From contig CBDFLE010000006.1 of the NCBI GenBank assembly GCA_965248925.1, positions 2,560,001 through 2,624,000 on the forward strand: a stretch of DNA of 64,000 nt, read 5' to 3'. The number at the start of each line of letters is the position of its first letter. Positions within the stretch are counted from its first letter, which is position 1. The position numbers and the translations under genes were made by a program. Source of the DNA: Candidatus Multivoradales bacterium. GTDB taxonomy: Bacteria; Acidobacteriota; Thermoanaerobaculia; Multivoradales; J023. The notes under the pieces were generated by a model. It did no database searches. It was not told the origin of the DNA and worked only from the letters and a program-made list of their open reading frames with translations. Shown in pieces: positions 50,450 through 60,032 of this stretch.

Positions 50450-52360
50450 CTGTTGGACCCCCCACTGGGCGGGCTCAGTCTGACCGAGCGGAGTCCTCGC
50501 TGTGCACTCTTGAGATCCTGGCTATGGATTGGAATAGGGCCGTTTACAAAAGCACTTCGCGTCCGTGGATCAGCCCAGGCAAGCGAGTCGGCTACCGTTC
50601 CGTAGCGCTCACTGACCTCCGGAACAACACCTTGTCTACGGTTCAGACTAAAAGTCGTCAGGTCTCCTCTCGGGTACGGACTCAAAGCAAACTGATGTGC
50701 GAAGACTTCATGGTTGATGGCATTGGCAACTGCTTGAGCTGACTGTTTCTTGGTCAGCCCAAAGCCAGAAATAAACTGCCCAGCCTTAACGAGCGTACTG
50801 CTCGCGTTGCCAGAATCCCCGTTGACAAGGATCTTGCCGACTCCCTTGTTGAACAGTGCCACGTTTGTTTCGTTGAGTTCCGCTGAATCAAAGACATAAA
50901 CATCGCCGACGTCAAGCCCCTCCCAGAATTCACGTACGTTCTCAATGATCTCTTGCTTAAATTCATCACTCAGATTCAAATCTGCATCAAAGACAATCTG
51001 TATCGAAACATCCTTGCCGGACGGATCCGAGAATGCCATGGGATTGTTGAGAGCATAGTTATATCGGTTCCAAGTCTGGGGCTTGGTCATTGCTCGGCGG
51101 AGCTGAAGCACCGGATCTATACTCAAGAACCGCCCCACCACCGGACTACAGTGCCGAGCATGCATGTAGTCCAGCTCGCTCTTCGCCCCCGCCCCGTTCT
51201 GATCCCGCTCATGCCCAGTAAACTTCAGCTGAAACTCATCCGAGCTAGAGGTGGTCGCTTCCTGCCCAAACGGATAGTAGCTGTGCAGCGCCACCTGGCT
51301 GCCGCTCTTCGTCACTTGTCGCGGCGTGCCGAGATGATCCAGATGAAAGCTGTAAATCCCCTCCACTCCGTTGGTATCAGGATCAACCGAGGCCAATAGC
51401 AGCCCACCCCGATAGACGTAGTCCCGTTTCCACTCGAAGCTCTCCCCACGTGGATGACTGAAGACCCGCAGCACCTCGTTGCGCATCCCGCGCAGGGTCC
51501 AAGTCTCGCTGGCCGGGCTGCTTACGCAGCTGCTGCCGGCGGCGCTGAAGCAGCTGAAGGTGACGATGCGCTCGTCGTCCGCGTTGTAGATGTACACGCT
51601 CGCCTGGTCAGTGTTGGATTGCAGGTGCTTCATCATGTTGGCGGCGTCGTAGGTGTACTCATAGATCTCCGAGCTACTGTAACGCACGCGGGTCAGGTTG
51701 CCGCCAGCGTCATAGGTGGTGCCGCTGAGACCGAGGCGGTTGGTGGAAGAGTTCGGGCTCATGGTCTGGCTGGCGCCGTGGGTGATCATCTGGGTGATGT
51801 TGCCGAAATTGTCATAGCTCGCGGTCTGTAGGCGGTCGTTGCTGCCGACTTTTACCTCGCCGCTGACCAGGCGCTGGAATCGGTCGTAGCGATATTGCAA
51901 GGAGCCGATGCGGTGGATATTTCCGGCTCCGTCGTAGTCGAAGGTGCCGGTGTCCCAGCCGGCGTTGGTAGAGATGCGCTCGGGCCGGGCGAGGCCGGAG
52001 GGATCGACCTGGTAGGTTTCGGTGATGCCGCTCTGGTGGCTGATCTGGGTCAGCATGCCGCCGCTCTGGTAGCTGAGGCTGGAGGCGAAGCCGGGGACCG
52101 CGGTGAGGAAGCCCTTGTCGTAGGCGTAACTCACCTGCCGCGGCGGGCTGACCTGGTCGCAGCTGTCGTTGCTGTGCAGGCAGTCAGGATAGTCGAGAGT
52201 CGCGAGGTTGCCTTGCAGATCGAAGGTGAAGCCGGCCTGGAAGGCGTAGTGGCCGACGCCGAGCTGGTAGCGGGTCTGGCGCTCGGACATCCGCCCACCG
52301 CGGCCAGCGTAGACGAAGCTCTCGGAGATCCGGACATCGAGAAAGCCAGGATTGGCGACG
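50431..52360 (-). pseudogene. 5'-truncated Rhs protein (YD repeats, Rhs core, C-terminal toxin)
   Basis: YD repeats, HLDHLGTPR, YYPFG, KFTGHERD, GRFLSIDP, NNPMAFSDPSG; frame continues upstream of the ATG (FLDVRISESFVYAGRGGR) and then loses similarity near 52360. Confidence 0.85.
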
Positions 52361-52367
52361 GAAGCGG

Positions 52368-52622
52368 TTGGACGCGGACAAGAAAGAGGCGTCCGAGGCT
52401 TGGATAGCCGAGATTTCGGAGCGCTGGCGCAACGGCGAGAGTGTCAGCGAGCTTCAGGAGCTTCTTGGCTATCGCGATCCGAGAAGTGTCTACGGAAGAA
52501 TTCGCCGGCTCCGAATCAAGTACGGAATAGAAAAGTTTCCTCGGCGACGCAGCGGGGCGCGGCCAGCAAAGGCTGCCCAGAGACTGTCTCTGGGCAGCCA
52601 CGGGCCTGATTACAGCCCCTAG
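52368..52622 (+). CDS. HTH-like small protein or 3' gene fragment
   Basis: WRNGESVSELQELLGYRDPRSVYGRIRRL. Confidence 0.4.
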   Translation: MDADKKEASEAWIAEISERWRNGESVSELQELLGYRDPRSVYGRIRRLRIKYGIEKFPRRRSGARPAKAAQRLSLGSHGPDYSP

Positions 52623-53932
52623 CGGGACTCGAAGAACACGTCGAGCCAGATACCGCACTTGCCCGGCAGCTCGAGACACGACGCATCCGACTCAGCCGGG
52701 AAGGTGTTCCCGCAGCGGTCGGCCTTGTCGGTCTCGCGAACGTTGCTCAGCGCCTCGATTCGAAGCTCGCTGAAAGGCACCAGCTCCTTGAGTTCGATTC
52801 GGCCATCAGCATCGCGGTCAGCCCAGACCTGAAGCGTCGCACCACAGTTCTGGAACTTGACCTCCGACAGGCCGTCGATCGGCATCCCGCAGTGAGCGGC
52901 CAGTGCTTCGAAGCCGTGCGCGTAGGGGAATTCCCCGAGCGGCCCCTGGGTGACGTTCCCGAAGAGGTGACGCCACGGCTCCACCTCGACTTCCTTTCCA
53001 GATTGGATCGCCCTATAGTCCCCTGGGCTCAGCTTCGTCACGAAAACGATCTTCGTTCCTGGCTCAGTCCAAGCGGTACAGGTCGTTTGACCGTCACCTT
53101 TCCAGTCCAGGCAGACGGTGGGCGTCTCGCTCGAACAGAATCCCCGCTTCCACCAATCCTGCGCAGCTCCAGTTGGCGTGTAGTAGTCGGGCAGGTAGAG
53201 CACGAGAGGTGAGTTCGTGAGAAGGCACTGGCAGTTTCTACACTCCCAGGTTGCGAATGGTGGCGAGAGCCCGCAGTGGACAGCAGAGAAACACTGGCAC
53301 TGCGGCGGCTCTTGGCCCCCACCACCGTTCTCACTCACAGTCTTGTTGATCTCCCTCGCCCGCTTACACTCAGCCGACTTGACCGCCCTCGGACTGTATA
53401 CACCATTGTCGTACTGACGGTTCTGCATCGCATAGCCTGTGCGGTTGGCAGAGGGGTGCCCGAGTCCTATTGTGTGCCCTAGTTCGTGAGCGACCGTGTC
53501 GGCGAAGGTTGAGTCTATACAGCTAACAACCCTCCCAGGCACCCCAGGCGTCGCAGGGATCTCCGACTTACTGTACAGGAATATCTTGCGCCGACTAGGG
53601 CTGTAAAAGGCGCAGGAGTTTTGGTTCATCGGATTAAAGCCAGGATGCAACGTGACAGTAACGTCCCTGAAGCTAGTTCCAGGGGGCGGCGGAACGAGGT
53701 CAAAGATCGGAAACGACGTGCCGCCTATGTTGCAGCCACCGTTATTCCAGCTGGCCATTCCATCTAGGAACCGGTCCAGCAGACCGCCATGAATTCCTTG
53801 CGGGACAAGCCGGGTGACATCGGGTATGTTGTTACCCGGATGGCCCGAAAGGTTTGTTACGCAGGCAGCCTCCACCGGGCCGACGATCCAGAGAAGTGAG
53901 AGGAGGGTCGGCAACATTGTTTTGAAAAGCAT
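52619..53932 (-). CDS. Secreted metzincin protease with Cys-rich linker and FrpC self-processing-module-like domain
   Basis: Signal peptide; HELGHTIGLGH plus Met-turn (YAMQ); NSPLVL...LFGNVT...HGFEALA...LQVWADRDADG...EL. Confidence 0.75.
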   Translation of the reverse strand: MLFKTMLPTLLSLLWIVGPVEAACVTNLSGHPGNNIPDVTRLVPQGIHGGLLDRFLDGMASWNNGGCNIGGTSFPIFDLVPPPPGTSFRDVTVTLHPGFNPMNQNSCAFYSPSRRKIFLYSKSEIPATPGVPGRVVSCIDSTFADTVAHELGHTIGLGHPSANRTGYAMQNRQYDNGVYSPRAVKSAECKRAREINKTVSENGGGGQEPPQCQCFSAVHCGLSPPFATWECRNCQCLLTNSPLVLYLPDYYTPTGAAQDWWKRGFCSSETPTVCLDWKGDGQTTCTAWTEPGTKIVFVTKLSPGDYRAIQSGKEVEVEPWRHLFGNVTQGPLGEFPYAHGFEALAAHCGMPIDGLSEVKFQNCGATLQVWADRDADGRIELKELVPFSELRIEALSNVRETDKADRCGNTFPAESDASCLELPGKCGIWLDVFFESR

Positions 53933-53933
53933 T

Positions 53934-55439
53934 TCAGCGCTCCTCGGCTTTGGTTGCGCTGAGTGCCAAGTCGAGGAGCGCCGCCCTGTCCCTGACACGT
54001 CCTTCCTTCTTTGCTTCGGGGTATTCTGCGTACTGACTCGTTCTCCGAATATGGTCGCTGGTAGAGATGATCACAAGGCTGTGGGCGGTCTCTAGGCGAA
54101 TGAACGGGTCGTCCGGGCTCCACTCGTACTGGTCGGGAACCATAACCAGCACTTCCTCGCCGGGGGCGGGGGGACTCGGGTAGCGGCTGTCGCTCTTGCA
54201 GAACTTGTATGGCCCTGCTTCGAACTCGCCTACCGGAATGAAGAAGTAGTACGAGTCGAGCGTCAAAGGGCCGCCCTTGAAAGTCCTCGTTGGCCTGAAG
54301 CGCACCAACTGGCCTGGTTGATCCTTGAAGAATCCGAAGGCACTCCTCTCAACTTCGCCCAGTATCACCGCAGTCGAGCCCTTTGCGGCTCCGGAGATAC
54401 TCACCCGGTCTGGGCGTTCGTGCTGGTCGTCAACGAGCCCGCCAGTTACGAGGCAGCCGCTGTCATCGTAAAGCTGGTGATCTCCGAGTTGTTCTCGTAG
54501 AAACTCGCGAGCCCAGGGCGCGAGCGCTCCGTCCAAGAATTCGCCGTTGGCGTCGAAGACTTGGTCGGCGCGCTGCCAGATCCAGCGGTGCGGAAGCGGC
54601 TTCGCCATTTCCAGACGGACCGGGTGGGGCTCACTGCTCTTGGCTTCCCTCCGACCTTCAGTTGGAGTTAGAGCGCTCACGGCCTGGCTGATGGCCGTGA
54701 CCAATGTAGTGCGATTCGGAATATGTGCCCAATACTCCTTGGCTCGGGCGTGGAGAGGCGTATTGGCCGGAGGGTCGTCCTCTCGAACGAGGGCCAGGCT
54801 CTGGCCGTCTCGCAGGCTAATGAATGGGTCGTCCGGTGAACGAAGCCGACTCTTGCGCGGCATGACCAGCAGCTCGTCGCCGACCTTGTACGGCGCCTCG
54901 TGGTTCCGGAAGGTCACGGACTCCTTTTTGCAAATCTCGATGGAGCCTGCCCTGAAGCTCCCCACAGGAACGAACACGTAGTATTTTGTGAGCCTTACGT
55001 CCCCTTGGAAGACCTGCTCAGGTGCAATCTGGATCAGCTGGCCGGGCTCTCTGAACCCGAATCCGTAGGCCACGCCTGTCACTCGGCCCAAGAAAACCAT
55101 CTCGGCCGACTCGACGGCCTCGGCAATAGTCGCCCGATCGGCCGGCAGGTCCCACGAACCGCTCTGGACCATCTCTACGCAGCCCTCGCCCTTCGCGGCC
55201 GGGCTCTCAGCTACGGTTTGATCGTAGTAGGCCCGTATGGCGGGGTGGATCAACTCAGAATCGAAGCGGCCCTCGCCGTTAACGGCCCGGTTAGCCGCAA
55301 CCCAGACCGGCCAGCTCGAGCCAGGCCCCTGGCTGTAAAGGACCTCCGGCATCCCGTCAGCAACAATCGGGGCCGCCATCAAGACGCCGCACAGGGCAAG
55401 CCCCGCCGTCAATCCGGTCAAAAGACAAAAAGTTCGCAT
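53934..55439 (-). CDS. Secreted protein with two tandem homologous domains (TIMP/NTR-like OB fold suspected)
   Basis: Signal peptide; internal duplication (VFLGRV/VILGEV, PGQL, YYxFxPVGxFxAG, SPDDPFI twice). Confidence 0.7.
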   Translation of the reverse strand: MRTFCLLTGLTAGLALCGVLMAAPIVADGMPEVLYSQGPGSSWPVWVAANRAVNGEGRFDSELIHPAIRAYYDQTVAESPAAKGEGCVEMVQSGSWDLPADRATIAEAVESAEMVFLGRVTGVAYGFGFREPGQLIQIAPEQVFQGDVRLTKYYVFVPVGSFRAGSIEICKKESVTFRNHEAPYKVGDELLVMPRKSRLRSPDDPFISLRDGQSLALVREDDPPANTPLHARAKEYWAHIPNRTTLVTAISQAVSALTPTEGRREAKSSEPHPVRLEMAKPLPHRWIWQRADQVFDANGEFLDGALAPWAREFLREQLGDHQLYDDSGCLVTGGLVDDQHERPDRVSISGAAKGSTAVILGEVERSAFGFFKDQPGQLVRFRPTRTFKGGPLTLDSYYFFIPVGEFEAGPYKFCKSDSRYPSPPAPGEEVLVMVPDQYEWSPDDPFIRLETAHSLVIISTSDHIRRTSQYAEYPEAKKEGRVRDRAALLDLALSATKAEER

Positions 55440-55567
55440 TAGGCGTTTACTCCGCGCTTTTTGCGATAACTCGCAGGCGCGCGAATTCCTAGACCCGGGC
55501 GCCAGTCGCGCCCGGAAAATTTGGCCCTACGGAGGACGCGAATTGGGCCTTCTCCCTCGCCGGCAGG

Positions 55568-55906
55568 TTAACGCTTCGTGAACGATTTGTCTACGATTGC
55601 CTTCACCGGGTGGGCGTCAAATGGCTGTGCAGGCTCGTAAGTGTTATCTGCGTTAGCAAGATCCCGTGGCCCGGCAAGCCTCTGGGTCGCGGTTTCGATC
55701 GCCGCCAGAAAAGGCTTGATGAAACTGCTCAGATCAGCATTCTGCACCTTGGCGTGGTACATCTTCGAGAGCACGCCGTGATGCAGCGCCCGCAGGCTGC
55801 TCTGTATAGCTTCGGGGAAGCTGTCGAATTCGTCCGACTCGAGTTTCTCCGCGACCTCTTCCATGAACTTGATCATGTAGAAATTGGTGTCCAGTGGGTC
55901 ACTCAT
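55568..55906 (-). CDS. Hypothetical protein
   Basis: GAGGA RBS; 112-aa ORF with protein-like composition. Confidence 0.55.
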   Translation of the reverse strand: MSDPLDTNFYMIKFMEEVAEKLESDEFDSFPEAIQSSLRALHHGVLSKMYHAKVQNADLSSFIKPFLAAIETATQRLAGPRDLANADNTYEPAQPFDAHPVKAIVDKSFTKR

Positions 55907-56089
55907 AGCATGTCCTCGCTCTTCGGTACTCACGCACCAGGGTGGTCGGCGAGCGCGGCGGCGGATGGGTTGTAGGCACCGGCGGTCATGGGTCCTCCTC
56001 CCGGTTGCCGATCCAGAAGTGTCTGGCACCTCTCTGGTGAAACAGCTGGCACTACGCAAGGCAGGGCTGCAAGGCAAGGCTACGACCTC

Positions 56090-56551
56090 TCACCGTCGAG
56101 GACTTCGCGCCTCCGAACGGCGCTCTGCAACAGCCTTGGCCATCTCGAAGTTCTTCCACCACACCTCGACCATCTCCGCGGGCATGACTTCAGCGCGCAA
56201 TTTGACCAAGATCTCATCTACACCCCGACGCACCTCCAGCTTCAAGGTCTGCCGCGGTCGGACCTTGGCGAGATATTCGAGCACTGCCAAGTCACTGGTG
56301 AACTCCAAGGCCTGGCCGTCAATCGCGGTGACCACGTCGCCCGCTTCGAGCCCAACCTTGCTCGCCGGTCCTTGGGGTGCGATGCCGCGGATGAGCAGCC
56401 AGCCAGGCTGCTCGGCCTCCTTGTGGTACTCGTAGCCCAAACCCAACCAGCCCGGCGTATCAGGTCGAGCATCTTCGCCGGCTCTCGCCACTGACGACAT
56501 CGACAAGATCAAGAGAGTGATAACGGTGAGGGTGGGTTGCAGAATCCTCAT
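56090..56551 (-). CDS. Secreted single-PDZ-domain protein
   Basis: Signal peptide; GWLGL, PQGPASKVGLEAGDVVTAIDG; GGAGG RBS. Confidence 0.85.
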   Translation of the reverse strand: MRILQPTLTVITLLILSMSSVARAGEDARPDTPGWLGLGYEYHKEAEQPGWLLIRGIAPQGPASKVGLEAGDVVTAIDGQALEFTSDLAVLEYLAKVRPRQTLKLEVRRGVDEILVKLRAEVMPAEMVEVWWKNFEMAKAVAERRSEARSPRR

Positions 56552-56585
56552 GCGAAACCTCCAGACTGTTTCTTGGGTAGCAATT

Positions 56586-58776
56586 TCACCTTCCATCGCG
56601 GTAGTCAAGGACCAGCTGGCCGCCAGGAGATAAGTAACCGCTGGCGCATTTCGAATCGCTTCTTGATGTCGAGCAGATGGCGTATTCGCCAGCCTCGATC
56701 TCAACGCTGAGCAAGCCCCGCTGTGCATCAAAGCCCCGTAAGTCGGCGCCCGAGGGGTAAAAGAGAGTCGACAAGGGCACCACCACTTCGCCATGGCGCA
56801 GAAACTGCTGCCCTTCGAGGCCGAGGATGAGTTCACCACTCGGGCCGATGTGGAGATCAAGCGCTGACGAACCGCTTTGAGACAAGGAGACTCTCTGGAT
56901 CTTCGCTGGCAGTCCCGGTGCGACCACCACCAAGTCCAGCTCCCGGACGGCTCTTGACAAATGGATCTCGAATCGACCCGAGGGTTCCGTGGTCAAGGAA
57001 GCCCGCTCAGGAGTCCCCACGGCGAAGTACTTCACCCGAGCACTCGCAACCGGCCGGCCGGCACTCCTCACCCGACCAGGCACCGTTCTCCGCGTCTCGA
57101 CACGGAGTTCCACCGACTCCGGATCTATGTCACCGATCTCCACATTTCGCACTTGGCTGAAGCGATCTCCTAGCGCTTCGGCGACAACGGTATGTTCCCC
57201 TGGCTCAAGCCCCTGGGCCTCGAATCGCCCTTCTGCGTCACCCCGGACCTGCATCACGATCCGCATTCCCCGATGGACTGTCACCAGCGATGGCGAGACC
57301 GGCTTCCCTGATCGGTCCACCACTGTACCGGCGAGGACACCGCCTGGTAGGTCGATTTCGAGCCTCCCCTCACGGGAGCCTTCGAAATGCTCTACCTCGA
57401 CCGCTCCGTATAGATGCCGGCCACCAACTCCTGGGGATTCCGTGGGTAGCTCCAGATACCAGCGACCAGCATGGGGAAAAATCTCTCTAAAGGTCCCATC
57501 CTCCCGCGTCGTCACGCGAACAACTCTGGCGCCTCCGTCGGTAAGCTCCATTTGCGCTTGCAGCGGCTCGCCACCCCTGGTCAGCCGGCCGGTGACCGCG
57601 AGGATCGGCAAGTCGAGGCTGATCCGCTCGGTGGACGAGACCAGCTCGACCTCCCGCCGCTCAAAGGTCGAGCCCTCAGCGTCGAGGATCGAAACCACGT
57701 AGACCCCGGTATCCAGCTCCGTGGCTAACCAGGAGCCATTCTCATTGCAAGCTCCTTCTATACCTCTTCCCTAGTAGATTGGACAGCGGCAAGCGTTTCT
57801 CCAATCTTGCGCGCCAGAAGTCTCCGCCAAGCCCCAAAGGGGGCTGGACACTGACCTCTAACCACACTAGCGGTCGCAACTCCAGGGTCTCTTCGAGCAC
57901 GCGGCTAATTCCGCCTTCGATGCGAATTCCATCGCGCCTCGCGGGCGAGAATCCGGTCGTACTAGCGACGAGCGAATAAATTCCGGCTGCAACCCCTTGA
58001 AAATTGAAGAACCCGCGATCATCTGCTTCGGTTCGCAGAGCTTGCCAGGCCAGCCGCTCTTCAGCCAACCTCTAAAGGGACAAGCTCTCCGGCACCAGCT
58101 CGACGACGAGTGTTTGGCCTGTTTCGCATTGCCCGAGGGTTGCGGCCCAACCCGAGAGCTTTCCGCTCCGCTCGAAGCGCTGCACTCCAATATTCAGGCA
58201 TTGACTCGGAGCGACATTCACGCCCCAAACAAACTCTGCGGCCAAATCGCCAACTTGGAGCTTTAAATCCAGCTCGCCGGCCGGCAGGCGACACGACCAC
58301 TGAGTATCCCGAATCGGGCAGGAGAAGCTAGCATCCTTCGGTATCACTCGCTGAGGATCCTCGCCACTGACCGACCGGGCGAGGACCGACACGGTCGTCG
58401 GAACCGGGACTCCCTGTGGCAGCTTCAGCTCGCCCTCGACCGTGCCAGTCGGCCACAACTGTAAAGTTGCCGCCATCGGCTCGGGGCCTGCCGGAAGGCT
58501 AACCCGCGGCGCCCAGCAGCCATCACTGACCAGTTCGAGCAGAGTTGCCCGATGGTGATCGAGTTCGATCTTCGCTTTGTTCGTCAGACTGACCGGCCAA
58601 GAGCTGACGGGTGGTTTCGAGCTATCAGTGGAAAACTCGCGCAAGACCGCGGGACTTTGGCAGGCAACGGCATCGCCAAGTTCGACAAGGGAAAAAGACA
58701 CCTCGACGGTGCGCGCGGCGAAGGCAACAGCGGCCCACAGGAGCATCGCAATGGCAAGTATAGGCACTTGCCCCAT
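56586..58776 (-). pseudogene. Carboxypeptidase-regulatory-like repeat protein broken by a TAG stop (58072-58074) and a frameshift (about 57770)
   Basis: Three collinear ORFs with G.V.D..G.P and D..G.F...GL.PG.Y repeats; signal peptide at ATG 58776. Confidence 0.75.
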
Positions 58777-58853
58777 GGCCCGGCTCAACAGCGTTGCGGG
58801 AGGGTCACACCTAATAGCAAACATAGCCGGCTCCGTCGATTGCCGGATGCCGG

Positions 58854-60017
58854 TTAGCTCCCCTCGCCGGCATCCACCCCAAAGCCGCCGTCGGCACGGG
58901 TCGGCTTGGCGGCCATCGCCGAGGCTCGCTCGGTGCTGGCCGCCGCTTCGCGTTCGGCCGCGGCTCGATCCCATGAGACGGCGGGCTCGACCCAGCCGAC
59001 GAGGTTGCCCGCGACCAAGTCGGCGATCAGCTGGGCGTGGTCTTGGCGGTCGTTCAAGCAGGGAATGTAGCGAAATTCCTGGCCTCCCGCCGCCATGAAG
59101 TAGCCGCGGTTCTCGACCTCGATCTCTTCTAGTGTCTCCAAGCAATCGATGCTGAAACCTGGGCAGATCACGTCGACACGGCTAACGCCCGAGCCGGCCA
59201 GCGCTTTTAGGGTGGCCGAGGTGTAGGGCTTGATCCACTCTTCGCGGCCGAAGAGGGACTGAAACGACACCGTCCATCGATCCGCCCCGAGTCCGAGTTC
59301 TTCGGCCACCAAGCGAGCGGTCTTGTGGCATAGGCAGTGGTAAGGATCACCCGCTTCGAAATAGCGCTGCGGCACTCCGTGAAAGGAAAACAGCAGCTTC
59401 TCGGGCTCCCCTGCGCTCTGCCACAGGCGGCGAACACTGGTCGCCAAGGCGGCAATATGCGCCGGTTCGTCGTGGTACTCCTGCACCGTGCGCAACTCGG
59501 GCACCCGGCGCCAGGTCATCAGTTCCTTCATCACGGCGTCGAAGGCGGCACCGGTACTGGTGGAGGAATAGTGCGAGAACAGCGGCAGGATCAGCAGCCG
59601 CCGGCAGCCCTTGCGCTGCAACTCCGCCAGGACTGCCGGCACGGAAGGCTCGCCGTAGGTCATCGCCAAGGCTACATGCAATGGCGTTCCTACCCGCTCA
59701 CTGAGCAGCTCTCCCACCCGCTGGCTGAGCCGCTGAGAAAGGAGTAGCAGCGGTGAGCCGGCGTCGGTCCACACCGATTTGTAGGCCGCCGCCGACTTCC
59801 GCGGCCTGAAGGTCAGCACCAGCAGGTGCAGAATCAACCACCAGCGCGGGCGCGACATCTCGATCACCCGCGGATCCCAGAGGAACTGCTTCAGGTACCG
59901 CCGCACCGCTTTAGCGGTCGGCGCGGCCGGCGTACCCAGGTTGACCAACAGAACACCGACGGCGGCTACTTCGCCATGGTGAAAGTCTGGCTCTGCTTTG
60001 AACAGGTTCTTGGGCAA
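58854..60017 (-). CDS. hemH: Ferrochelatase
   Basis: LLVNLGTP, GSPL, LFSFHGVP, FQS.FG...W..PYT, DCLETLEEI. Confidence 0.95.
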   Translation of the reverse strand: MPKNLFKAEPDFHHGEVAAVGVLLVNLGTPAAPTAKAVRRYLKQFLWDPRVIEMSRPRWWLILHLLVLTFRPRKSAAAYKSVWTDAGSPLLLLSQRLSQRVGELLSERVGTPLHVALAMTYGEPSVPAVLAELQRKGCRRLLILPLFSHYSSTSTGAAFDAVMKELMTWRRVPELRTVQEYHDEPAHIAALATSVRRLWQSAGEPEKLLFSFHGVPQRYFEAGDPYHCLCHKTARLVAEELGLGADRWTVSFQSLFGREEWIKPYTSATLKALAGSGVSRVDVICPGFSIDCLETLEEIEVENRGYFMAAGGQEFRYIPCLNDRQDHAQLIADLVAGNLVGWVEPAVSWDRAAAEREAAASTERASAMAAKPTRADGGFGVDAGEGS

Positions 60018-60032
60018 CTTCTAACCTCGGCA

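Noticed and set aside
58072-58074. Pyrrolysine or readthrough at the in-frame TAG
   Set aside because: The same gene also has a frameshift and there are no pyl genes in the window; decay is the simpler explanation
44144-58830. tRNA-Asn as the island attachment site
   Set aside because: The island lies on the tRNA 5' side; no integrase and no duplicated tRNA 3' end were seen
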